A DNA stretch of 42,630 nucleotides, from NCBI GenBank assembly GCA_025924655.1, contig JAICHZ010000001.1:1-42630 (forward strand). The letters run 5' to 3'. Both the position numbers and the translations under genes were made by a program. This document shows, in pieces, positions 9,432-18,243 of the stretch (positions are counted from its first letter, which is position 1; the number at the start of each line of letters is the position of its first letter). Source of the stretch: Pseudonocardiaceae bacterium (lineage in GTDB: Bacteria > Actinomycetota > Actinomycetes > Mycobacteriales > Pseudonocardiaceae). Under the pieces are notes generated by a model, which was not told the origin of the DNA, did no database searches, and worked only from the letters and a program-made list of their open reading frames with translations.

Positions 9432-10031
9432 CCGGACCCCGGTCGAGACAATGTTCTCTGACGCACTGCCCAGCATCGCTCTCGGCGCGGTGCTCAAACG
9501 ATTTCAACACCATCCTGACGAGTATCTACACAGGTGATGTTCCTGCACCCCAGCAAGACGCGGGTAGATGGCCCAACCGGTACCGGGTGGCTATGCCGCA
9601 ACGGCACCGCCTGCCCCCCACACGCGGCCTGAGCTCGCCCCCGAACCCGGCCGTCCGTGGAACAACAACCCCTACGTTTCCTAGAGGAACGTCGTTTCCT
9701 AGGCCAACGTCAAACATCACCTGGGACTAAAACGTCAAGCGTCAGGCGGACCAGGCAATGAAACCCCGACAAAAGTAGCCCAGGGGCCGAACAGGGCATC
9801 TCAGGCAGACCAAGACACGGAACGGCACACCTGTCCGACTCCGCTTGTTGCGGGACGTTCCCATCCCACGCCGCAAGTCGGCTACCGGCCTCCTGACAGC
9901 TACCCAGACCCGACTTACAACGCCAAGCGACGGTCAGCTTACGATCAGAAACCGCCTGTACCAGCTCACCCCCAATTTGCTGGTCGCTCGAGAGATCAAG
10001 GCTAATAGAAGGTTTCCAACTGAGTCATGCT

Positions 10032-10688
10032 GTGGGACACTCCTTTCCAGACGCGGAAGCGGAAGGGGCGAGCGTGGCGGGGTCTCAGAGCACGCAGCCA
10101 ACGAAGGACCGGGTGGCATGGCTGGCACTAGGGGTATCGGGGCTAAGTCTGGCACTAACCGGTTTCCAGGCTTGGAATACATCGGTGCAGACAAGTGACC
10201 TGCGTCAACAGTTCGCTCAATCAGGCCCGGTGCTAGATGTGAAATCAGCTCTTCAGTTCAAATTCAACGACAATCGACACGGACCGCCAAACGCCTCCGA
10301 CGACCTGCAGCCCGTGGTTAGTGCCCGAGACTTCGATACATACGATTCGATAAACGTAGTACTAACTGTGACGAACGTGGGGCGGCTTGAATCCAATATC
10401 ATCGATGCTAAGTTGCAAGTAGCTCCAGGTGTGACGGTCGACGCGACGGATGATAAAAATCCCGCTGTTGTTTCATGCGCAGTGTCTGGCGGTGCGCCGG
10501 TAGAATGCGCTAAAGCTTTTCCGTTCACGCTACAACCTGGTCGCCATTATTACATTATTTTCCCCTTGAAAGATGCGTGGAGCAGATTCCGTGATCGCTT
10601 TGCTCCAATGGGTGCGCTGCCCGGGGAATTACAGGCTTCTGGTACTCCCGCAGTCCGTTTTAAGTCAGGGATCCATATACAGCCTTAA
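10032..10688 (+). CDS. hypothetical membrane-anchored protein in a low-GC islet
   Basis: This 218-aa ORF has a GTG start and one TM helix (VAWLALGVSGLSLALTGF), followed by a soluble domain with no motif I recognise. The DNA is visibly much more AT-rich than its surroundings. Confidence 0.55.
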   Translation: MGHSFPDAEAEGASVAGSQSTQPTKDRVAWLALGVSGLSLALTGFQAWNTSVQTSDLRQQFAQSGPVLDVKSALQFKFNDNRHGPPNASDDLQPVVSARDFDTYDSINVVLTVTNVGRLESNIIDAKLQVAPGVTVDATDDKNPAVVSCAVSGGAPVECAKAFPFTLQPGRHYYIIFPLKDAWSRFRDRFAPMGALPGELQASGTPAVRFKSGIHIQP

Positions 10689-11805
10689 CTGAACAAATAG
10701 GTGTCCGGGGCAGCAGCTTGGGAATCGAGCTGCCGGTCACCGCACTGCTGACGTTTTGCCGGCCTGTACCGAACCGTGCGCTCAGCCAATCTCGGGTCGC
10801 CTCCCGGTAATCGCCAGCGTTTTTGTGCAACGCTATGGAATGCCCTGATCCCGGCAGGACATAGGTGGACAGCTCGGCGGCCGGACTGAAGTATGGCGCC
10901 TCCTGTTTGCGCAATGCGTCCGCACTTGAGCAGTCGCGGGCGAGAAAACCGCAGAAAATAGCATCCTTTTCACCGACTGCCAATAGGACGGGAACATTGA
11001 TACCGCGCGACGTAGGGCCTAGAAAGTCGAACAATATGATGGTCCCTACGCCGAGGGCTGACGTTTGGTCCTTGGTGGCCTCGTCCGTCGCGATCACCGA
11101 GGGGTCGGCGTCGCTGGTCGAATAGAACAACGGCTCGCGTCGCCCCGGGATGGTGGTGATATACCCGGGATCGCTGCCGCGGTGGCGGAGTTGCGGGTCC
11201 AACGTCACTGGCTGCACGCTCATGGTGAAGATCTTGGTCACTGTCAGCGCCGACACCAGGTGGGTCATCCCGGTCAGGATCACCCCGTCGACGTCGTGGT
11301 AAGTCGCTGCTTCCCTGATCGTGACACCAGAGCCCAGCGAGTGTCCGACCAGCACGACGCGGTCGAAGCGCATCCCCCCGACCCGGCCGGCGCGCAGGTG
11401 GCCGATGACCTGGTGGATCGATGCCGCCTCGACATTGTCCAGCAATGTCACGCTGGGCGGCTTGGTGCTCTCGCCGGTGCCGAGCCGGTCTATCGCAAAG
11501 GTGGCGTACCCGTGGCTGGCCATGTCGCGCTGGTAGGAGTAACGCTCGGGCTGGTAGGGGAAATCCCAGTACACGCGGTTGTACGGGCCGCCGTGAACCA
11601 GCAACTGCACAGTCGTGGGAGCGCTGCCCGCGGGTATGCAGAGTTGCCCGTGCACGATCTCCCGGGGCGTCGGAACCGACACTGGCAGGTTGGTCTCCAC
11701 GCAACTCACGGCGGAGGCGGCGGCAGCCGGCGGCGTGGCGACTCCACCGACCAGCAGGCTGAAGCAGGCGAGCAACGGGCCAGTCAGCGTTGGCAGCAGG
11801 CGCAC
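10660..11805 (-). CDS. secreted alpha/beta-fold hydrolase
   Basis: It has a signal-peptide-like N-terminus (MRLLPTLTGPLLACFSLLVGGVATPPAAAASA) and a nucleophile elbow GHSLGS in LVGHSLGSGV. The C-terminal ~30 aa extend into the low-GC islet and may not be native. Confidence 0.8.
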   Translation of the reverse strand: MRLLPTLTGPLLACFSLLVGGVATPPAAAASAVSCVETNLPVSVPTPREIVHGQLCIPAGSAPTTVQLLVHGGPYNRVYWDFPYQPERYSYQRDMASHGYATFAIDRLGTGESTKPPSVTLLDNVEAASIHQVIGHLRAGRVGGMRFDRVVLVGHSLGSGVTIREAATYHDVDGVILTGMTHLVSALTVTKIFTMSVQPVTLDPQLRHRGSDPGYITTIPGRREPLFYSTSDADPSVIATDEATKDQTSALGVGTIILFDFLGPTSRGINVPVLLAVGEKDAIFCGFLARDCSSADALRKQEAPYFSPAAELSTYVLPGSGHSIALHKNAGDYREATRDWLSARFGTGRQNVSSAVTGSSIPKLLPRTPICSVKAVYGSLT

Positions 11806-11902
11806 GAAGGACCTTCCAAGATCAGAAAAACGCAGGAAGGTCCAGACTATAAACGGTCAGCGACCAAAAAGACACGCTAGGTAACCAGGCCAGTGGAGGA
11901 CC

Positions 11903-13300
11903 TCAAGCGTGTCGCGGCATGGTGGTCATCGATAACCGGCTCGGGCGCATCGTCGCTGTCAGTCGCGGACGCACGGGCTTACCGGCGACCGGCACCAGCC
12001 GCCACCGCGCCGCCACGGTCGCCGCCACGATGGCTATTTCGGTCTCCGCAAAGGAGTATCCGGGGCAGTGATGCAGGCCCCCACCGAAGGGAACGAACGC
12101 CCCCTTCGGCAGCTTTGCGGCCCGGTCGGGCAGCCATCGGTCCGGGTCGAAGCGTGCCGGATCGGGGTACAGATGTGGATCGTGATGAAGCGCGTACTGA
12201 CTGAACGCTACTTCGGTGCCCGGCTCGATGTGCACACCACCGAGGTCAACGTGAGTACGCGCCCGGCGCATCAGGAGCAGCAGCGGATACTTACGCAGGA
12301 CCTCACGGATGATTCGCTGGGTGTACTCCAGCTTGGGAATGTCCTCGAAAGTAGCGAGACGACCGGCCAGCACGTGGTCGATCTCGGCGTGGAAGCGTCG
12401 CTGCACCTCGGGGTGCCGTCCGAGCTCATAAAAGAACCAGGCCAGGGCCACTGCGGTGGTTTCGGCTCCGGCGGTCAGGATCGTGACGACCTCGTCGTGG
12501 ACTTGCTGGTCGCTCATGCCCTCGCCGGTGTCCTCGTCCCGGGCCAACAGCAGCGTTGACAGCAGGTCACCGTGATCCTTGCCCTCGGCGCGCGCCGCCA
12601 CGATGACCTCGGCCACGACCCGCCGGAATCGGGCGGCGGCCTCGTCGTACCGCCGGTTGGCTGGTATGGGTAACCGGTCCGCGAACCTTGGCGTGAAGGC
12701 ACGGATCGCCAGGTACTTGCTCAGGATCGGCATCGACCGCTGCACCTCGGCGACCGCGTCCCGACCCAGCTCGGTCGAGAAGAGGGTCTGCCCGACGATG
12801 GAGAGCGCCAAACTATCCATTTGCTCATCCACCGCGACGACCTCACCTGGTCGCCATGACTCGACCAGCTCCGAAGCCGCCTTGGCCATAGTCTGGACGT
12901 AACCGGCGATTCGCTTGCGGTGAAACGCCGGCTGCATCAGGCGGCGCTGCCGCCGATTGAAATCGCCGTCCGAGTTGAGCAGACCATTGCCGAACAGCGG
13001 GCGTACCTTATCGAAGATCATCCCCTTGTCGAACCTGTCGGCGTCGGTGGCCAGCACCTGCCAGGCAAGCTCGGGGCTGGTGACCACGTACATCGGCAGA
13101 GTTCCGAGGTAGATCTGCACCACCTCGCCGTGCGACCGCAGCGTCGACAGGAACCGAAACGGCGTACTCAGCAGCGACATCGTGTGCCCGAGCAGCGGCA
13201 ACCGACCGGGAACAACCGGGGCCGCGCTCCGCGAGCCGTGACCCGCGACGTCAGGACCAACCACCATGCCGCCCACATTCGCACGGCGGCGCTGCGGCAC
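11903..13300 (-). CDS. cytochrome P450 monooxygenase
   Basis: The heme-thiolate loop is FGGGLHHCPGYSFA, the I-helix is TAGAETT, and ExxR appears as REVLRKYP. The start is ambiguous (Met1 or Met12). Confidence 0.9.
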   Translation of the reverse strand: MPQRRRANVGGMVVGPDVAGHGSRSAAPVVPGRLPLLGHTMSLLSTPFRFLSTLRSHGEVVQIYLGTLPMYVVTSPELAWQVLATDADRFDKGMIFDKVRPLFGNGLLNSDGDFNRRQRRLMQPAFHRKRIAGYVQTMAKAASELVESWRPGEVVAVDEQMDSLALSIVGQTLFSTELGRDAVAEVQRSMPILSKYLAIRAFTPRFADRLPIPANRRYDEAAARFRRVVAEVIVAARAEGKDHGDLLSTLLLARDEDTGEGMSDQQVHDEVVTILTAGAETTAVALAWFFYELGRHPEVQRRFHAEIDHVLAGRLATFEDIPKLEYTQRIIREVLRKYPLLLLMRRARTHVDLGGVHIEPGTEVAFSQYALHHDPHLYPDPARFDPDRWLPDRAAKLPKGAFVPFGGGLHHCPGYSFAETEIAIVAATVAARWRLVPVAGKPVRPRLTATMRPSRLSMTTMPRHA

Positions 13301-13419
13301 TCAAGCAACGCGCCACTCGAGGCCGGCGCAATACCCATGATCGCACTGCAGGCGGTGGCCAGCAATACCCGTGATCGCCTATGCTGCCCCCCGTGCCGAC
13401 CGAGGATGGTGGGGAACCG

Positions 13420-14232
13420 ATGGTCAGGAACGAAGCCTGGGTGCCGCAGGGCATCGACACGACCGTGCCTAATGCTGCTCGGGTATACGATTACTTTTTA
13501 GACGGCGCCCACAACTTCCCAGCCGACCGCGAAATGGCGAACAATATCCAACAGGTTTTGCCAGGGGTGCGGGACGCCATCCGAATTACCCGGGCTTTCC
13601 TTCGCCGAGCCGTTCTCTTCATGGTCGACTCCGGAATCCGCCAGTTCCTCGACATCGGTTCGGGCATCCCGACCGTCGGCAATGTGCACGAGATCGCCCA
13701 GCGAGCCAATCCGGAATGCCGGGTCGTGTACGTCGACAAGGAACCGGTCGCGGTCACGCACTGCGAGCTGCTGCTTGCAGGCAACGACCGGGCCGCAGCG
13801 ATCCAGGCGAACCTGCGCGATGTCGAGAAGATCCTCGACCATCCACAGACCCAGCGTCTGCTTGATCTCGATCAGCCGGTCGGCCTGCTGATGCTGGCGG
13901 TGCTGCACTTCGTCCCGGATTCCTGGGACCCAGTAGGCATCGTCGCTCAATACCGCGACAGGCTCGCGCCCGGCAGCTACCTCGCGCTCTCGCACATCAC
14001 AGCCGACGGGCACGCCGCTGGGCTGACCGAGGCAGTCCAGTTTTACCGGAACACCCGGGACCCGATGTACCTCCGCAGCCACGAGGAGGTGCTGCGCTTG
14101 TTCGCCGGATTTGAGGTGGCCGAACCGGGATTGATTCGCTGCCCGTTCTGGCGGCCCTCGGCACCGGGTGACATCTCCGACAGCGCCGAGATCAACACGA
14201 CCATCTATGGGGGCGTCGGCCGCAAGCCGTGA
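13420..14232 (+). CDS. SAM-dependent methyltransferase (DUF574/Methyltransf_19-like), copy 1
   Basis: PNAARVYDYFLDGAHNFPADRE and FLDIGSGIPTVGNVHEIAQ are typical of the actinobacterial S-adenosyl-methyltransferase family. The start is taken at Met14 of ORF 13381..14232. Confidence 0.85.
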   Translation: MVRNEAWVPQGIDTTVPNAARVYDYFLDGAHNFPADREMANNIQQVLPGVRDAIRITRAFLRRAVLFMVDSGIRQFLDIGSGIPTVGNVHEIAQRANPECRVVYVDKEPVAVTHCELLLAGNDRAAAIQANLRDVEKILDHPQTQRLLDLDQPVGLLMLAVLHFVPDSWDPVGIVAQYRDRLAPGSYLALSHITADGHAAGLTEAVQFYRNTRDPMYLRSHEEVLRLFAGFEVAEPGLIRCPFWRPSAPGDISDSAEINTTIYGGVGRKP

Positions 14233-14310
14233 CCGACCGAGGTTGAGCCGCCTAGTCACGAGCCGCGGTGCGGTGCCCCATGATCACCATTATCGCCTAA
14301 GCTGTTCCGT

Positions 14311-15138
14311 GTGGAGAAAAGCCCTCTGACTGAGCATCAGGATTGGGTGCCGTCCGGTGTCGACCAAGTCATGCCTAATGCGGCTCGGGTGTACGACTAC
14401 TGGCTAGATGGTGCCCACAACTTCGCGGCCGACCGCGCACTGGCGGACAAGATCCAACAGGTCCTACCTGGGATACGGGATGCCATCCGCGTCCACCGGG
14501 CGTTTCTGCGCAGAGCTGTTCAGTTCCTGGTCGATTCGGGAATCCGCCAGTTCCTCGACGTCGGTTCGGGCATCCCGACCGTCGGCAATGTGCACGAGAT
14601 CGCCCAGCGAGCCAATCCAGAGTGCCGGGTCGTGTACGTCGACAAGGAATCGGTCGCGGTTGCGCACAGTGAACTGCTGCTTGCAGGCAACGACCGGGCC
14701 GCAGTGATCCAGGCGGACCTGCGCGACGTCGAGAAAATCCTTGACCATCCGCAGACCAAGCGCCTGCTTGATCTCGATCAGCCGGTCGGCCTGCTGATGC
14801 TGGCGGTGCTGCACTTCGTCCCCGATTCCTGGGATCCGGCAGGCATTGTCGCTCGATACCGGGACAGGCTCGCATCCGGCAGCTACGTCACGCTCTCCCA
14901 TGCCACGACCGACGGCAGCCCTGCTGGGTTGGCCGAGGCGCTCCGATTTTATGAACAAACCCCGGAACCAATGTACCTGCGCGGCTACGACGAAGTGCTG
15001 CGCTTTTTCGCCGGGTTTGAGCTGGTTGAATCAGGACTCGTTGGTTGCGCTTTCTGGCGGCCCTCGGGGCCAGGCGACAGCTGCAACAGTACCGAGATGA
15101 ACGCGCTTGCCTACGCGGGTGTCGGCCGCAAGCCGTAA
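14311..15138 (+). CDS. SAM-dependent methyltransferase (DUF574/Methyltransf_19-like), copy 2
   Basis: This is a tandem paralog of the preceding gene. Long identical stretches include GIRQFLD.GSGIPTVGNVHEIAQRANPECRVVYVDKE and LLDLDQPVGLLMLAVLHFVPDSWDP. Confidence 0.85.
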   Translation: MEKSPLTEHQDWVPSGVDQVMPNAARVYDYWLDGAHNFAADRALADKIQQVLPGIRDAIRVHRAFLRRAVQFLVDSGIRQFLDVGSGIPTVGNVHEIAQRANPECRVVYVDKESVAVAHSELLLAGNDRAAVIQADLRDVEKILDHPQTKRLLDLDQPVGLLMLAVLHFVPDSWDPAGIVARYRDRLASGSYVTLSHATTDGSPAGLAEALRFYEQTPEPMYLRGYDEVLRFFAGFELVESGLVGCAFWRPSGPGDSCNSTEMNALAYAGVGRKP

Positions 15139-15188
15139 TCGGTCCGTGGTAGCCGACGGCGGCCGATGCTGGATACGATCTCCGCGCC

Positions 15189-17354
15189 GTGTGCATTGGA
15201 CAACCGATAGGGGAGCTGCCAGGCGGTGACGTCGTGAGTGCCGATCCTCCTGCCCAGTCCGGCCTAACGGTGGCCGGGCTGGCTCACGTCTGGGCTGCGG
15301 CTGCGAGCCAGACCACATATCTGCCGGTGTCCGGAGACGAGCTTGAGCAACTCCTGACGCGCTTGATCAACCGGCTGGTAACGGCGGTGGCTGCCGCACC
15401 GACGGACGAGCAGGCGGCAATCGAGGTGGCCGCCGAGCTGGTTGCGCGCGATCTCACTGGGTCGAGCAGCATCAGCCGCAGCCTTGAGGTCCTCGAAGAC
15501 GGCCTGCCGCGGTTGGCGGAGCTACAGCACGTCGGCCAGCGCGGCGCCGCCATCTCGCGCGTGCTGAGCACGCTGGCCGGTGGATACGCTGAGGTGCTTC
15601 GGCAGCGCACCCTCGACGAGCAAGCCGAGGTGACGCAGGCCCTGCTGCAGGCGAAACTGGGCACTGAGCGGGAACTGTGGATTAGCGAAGCACGGTTTCG
15701 GCAGGTCTTCTCTGAATCGGCGGTGGGTATCGCGATCAGTGACCTCGGGGGCACCGTAGTCACCGCCAACCGCGCGTTCGCCCGCATCGTCGGCCGTACC
15801 GTGGACGACGTGGTTGGCACGGCGCTGCCGAAACTGTTGTACTCGGCCGACCAACCGGCCGACGAGCCGACGCTGGGCGAGGCCTACCACAAACTTGCCA
15901 GTGGTGAGCTGACCCAGTTCCGCCGCCAGGGCCAACTGACCGCTGCCAGCGACGAGGTGGCCTGGATATTCCTTGCGGGTTTCCTGCTGCACGACCCCGA
16001 GGGGGTGCCGACCCACCACGTCATCACCACCGAGGACATTACCGAGCTGCATTTGCTGCAACAGGAACTGGGCAGGCAAGGGCTGCACGACAGGCTGACC
16101 GGACTGCCCAACGAGTACTACTTCATGTCCCGTCTGAAGGATGCGTTGGAGGCCGCTGATCCGTCGGCCATGATCACAGTGAGCCGAGTGAATTTGGACA
16201 GCTTCTCGGTGATCAACGATGGGATAGGCGTGACCGCAGGAGATTTCCTGCTGTGCTCGATTGCGGCGCGGCTACAGGAGCTCTTCGCGGGTGAACGTGC
16301 CATGGTGGCGCGGATAGCCAGCGACGATTTCGCGATCCTGATCGAGGATGATACCCAGCGTGACCTCAGCCAGTTAGCTGCGACGATCAACACCCGGCTA
16401 TCCGAGCCGGTCTACTTTGGCAATCAGGGGATCGCGGTCTCGGTCGGCATAGGGTTGGTGCGTCGGCGCGCCGGTGGGATCTCGGCGGGTGAGTTAATCC
16501 GTGCCGCGAATACGACTTTGCATCGAGCCAAGCGCGTCGGACCGGGGCAGTGGGATCTCTACGACATGGAGTACGACATCCGCCAACGGGAGCGCTGCCA
16601 GCTGGCCGCCGAGATACCCGGAGCGTGGGAGAATGGCGAGATCGACGTGCATTATCAGCCGCTGTGCCGGCTGGACGATGGGGGGATCGTCGCTTTGGCG
16701 GCGGTCTTGCGCTGGGAACGCGCCGACGGGTCGGTGGTAGGCCACTCCGATTTCCTTGAGTTGGCCGAGCAGACTGGGCTGGTAGTTTCCCTCGGGCAAT
16801 GGATCCTAGAGAAAACCTGCAGTGTGCACGTCCAGGCATTGAACCACCGGCGTGAGAAGCCACCACTGCTGCGCGTCGACCTCACGGCGCAGCTGAGCCA
16901 AGACCCTGATCTCGTCGGGGTGGTGCGGGCAGCGCTGGTTGCAACCGGCCTGGGGGCGCAGCAACTCTGGCTGGGGGTGCCGTTGACGGCCCTGACCCGC
17001 GGCCACGGCGACGTGGTGGACAACGTGCGCACATTGGCGGAACTGGGCATCAAGATAGTGCTGATCGGCGCCCAGGCCGATCATGGCTACCTGGCCTACC
17101 TGGAGGACCTTCCGGTGGGCGCAGTGGAGATCGCTCCCGACATCGTCGCCCGGATTGCCGGGCGGCCCGGCAACGACTTGTTGGTCGCCCGTGCGATCCG
17201 GCAGGTCATCTCACTGGTGCGCAGCACAGGTGTGACCGTGATCGTCCCCGGGGTGGACACTCCCGAGCAGGCGCAGTGGTGGCGTGATGCCGGGGCCGAC
17301 GCCGCCCTGGGAACTCACTTCGGCTTTCCCGCGCCGCCCTTCGACTCGCACTGA
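15189..17354 (+). CDS. PAS-GGDEF-EAL signalling protein with degenerate catalytic motifs
   Basis: A PAS-like region (ARFRQVFSESAVGIAISDLGGTVVTANRAFARIVG) is followed by a GGDEF domain whose motif reads ASDDF (16317-16331). An EAL domain follows whose EAL reads AAV (16698-16706). DDFGTG, K.D and EGVE are also replaced (IGAQAD, VEIA, VPGVDT). Confidence 0.85.
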   Translation: MCIGQPIGELPGGDVVSADPPAQSGLTVAGLAHVWAAAASQTTYLPVSGDELEQLLTRLINRLVTAVAAAPTDEQAAIEVAAELVARDLTGSSSISRSLEVLEDGLPRLAELQHVGQRGAAISRVLSTLAGGYAEVLRQRTLDEQAEVTQALLQAKLGTERELWISEARFRQVFSESAVGIAISDLGGTVVTANRAFARIVGRTVDDVVGTALPKLLYSADQPADEPTLGEAYHKLASGELTQFRRQGQLTAASDEVAWIFLAGFLLHDPEGVPTHHVITTEDITELHLLQQELGRQGLHDRLTGLPNEYYFMSRLKDALEAADPSAMITVSRVNLDSFSVINDGIGVTAGDFLLCSIAARLQELFAGERAMVARIASDDFAILIEDDTQRDLSQLAATINTRLSEPVYFGNQGIAVSVGIGLVRRRAGGISAGELIRAANTTLHRAKRVGPGQWDLYDMEYDIRQRERCQLAAEIPGAWENGEIDVHYQPLCRLDDGGIVALAAVLRWERADGSVVGHSDFLELAEQTGLVVSLGQWILEKTCSVHVQALNHRREKPPLLRVDLTAQLSQDPDLVGVVRAALVATGLGAQQLWLGVPLTALTRGHGDVVDNVRTLAELGIKIVLIGAQADHGYLAYLEDLPVGAVEIAPDIVARIAGRPGNDLLVARAIRQVISLVRSTGVTVIVPGVDTPEQAQWWRDAGADAALGTHFGFPAPPFDSH

Positions 17355-17364
17355 TCATGTGGCG

Positions 17365-17763
17365 TCAGGACCAGCCCACGTCCACCGTCACTTCGGGGGT
17401 GCGGCGCAGCGTGTTTGTGACGTAGCACAGCCGCTCCGCCACAGGCGCCAGCCGGCGCAGGCCGTCCGCGTCCGGCGCGTCGGCCCGCGCGGAGATCCGG
17501 ATCGCGGAGAAGCTCGGCCCGTCGTAATCGCCGGTCGCCCGTACCTGCAGCCCGGTCAGCTCGACGCCCCGCTTGCCGGCTGAGTAGGCCATTGCCAGCG
17601 TGAAGCAGGCTGCGATGGAGGCAAGCAGCAGCTCGGTGGGCTGCGGGCCCTGGTCGGTGCCACCGACCGACTCCGGCTCATCAACGATCAGCTCGAAGCG
17701 CCCGGCAGATACCCGGCAGCGCAGCCCCCCGTCCCATGTCGCATCCACCGAACGGGTGCTCAC
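17365..17763 (-). CDS. OsmC/Ohr-family protein
   Basis: The protein has 132 aa. GTDQGPQPTELLLASIAACFTLAM and ERLCYVTNTL are typical OsmC-family segments. Confidence 0.85.
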   Translation of the reverse strand: MSTRSVDATWDGGLRCRVSAGRFELIVDEPESVGGTDQGPQPTELLLASIAACFTLAMAYSAGKRGVELTGLQVRATGDYDGPSFSAIRISARADAPDADGLRRLAPVAERLCYVTNTLRRTPEVTVDVGWS

Positions 17764-17879
17764 CGGCGTCCTCCTCGATCAGGAATGGCTTGTGTTTCAC
17801 CAGCGTGCAACGTGTGTGCAACGCCGCGGAGCACTGTGGCCGGAAACATTCATCCCAGCATGCCCCAAGGAGGCCCCGG

Positions 17880-18230
17880 ATGACTGTTACCTGGTCCGGT
17901 ACCGGCGAGCGGGTCGCGGCACTGTCGTGCTGTGCCGGCTGCCGGGTGGATCCGGCGCTGCGCCGCCACCACGACCGGCTGCTGACCGTCGAGTCCGACG
18001 TCGACGAGCTGCTCGAGCTCATCGAGCTGGCAGTGACCTGGGGTGAGTTGAACTACTGCGGCGTCAGTGTCGTGCCGCCCGGGCAGTGGCTCGAGTTCGC
18101 CGCCTGCCACAAGTGGCGAGACCCGGACCGGGCGGCGCGAATCTTCAGTGTGGCCACCGACATCGCGCTGCGGACCGGCCGGCGCGAGACGGCCTACTCG
18201 CTGCCTGGTGAGGTCGCAACTGCCAGCTGA
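17880..18230 (+). CDS. hypothetical protein
   Basis: An internal ATG of ORF 17736..18230 is preceded by AAGGAGG about 8 nt upstream. The 116-aa product (MTVTWSGTGERVAALSCCAGCRVDP...) has no motif I recognise. Confidence 0.5.
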   Translation: MTVTWSGTGERVAALSCCAGCRVDPALRRHHDRLLTVESDVDELLELIELAVTWGELNYCGVSVVPPGQWLEFAACHKWRDPDRAARIFSVATDIALRTGRRETAYSLPGEVATAS

Positions 18231-18243
18231 GGGGGACAGCACG

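Larger units (their letters stand above)
8107..9537 (+). pseudogene. cytochrome P450 pseudogene, interrupted by an IS and truncated at its 3' end
   Basis: The N-terminal ~160 aa (LPLLGHILSLLRSPLRFLTSL...RRQRRLAQPAFH...VLSEMMTLTA) are paralogous to the intact P450 at 11903..13300. The reading frame resumes after the IS at 9436 (TPVETMFSDALPSIALGAV...) and stops at 9535-9537, long before any heme loop. The 5' end (GTG 8107) is uncertain. Confidence 0.75.

Noticed and set aside
9675-9702. The direct repeat CGTTTCCTAG occurs twice, 18 nt apart, overlapping an imperfect palindrome (ACGTTTCCT-AG-AGGAACGT) downstream of the truncated P450.
   Set aside because: It is short, imperfect and sits in apparently non-functional DNA between a dead gene and the low-GC islet. 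Nothing ties it to a promoter or gene start.
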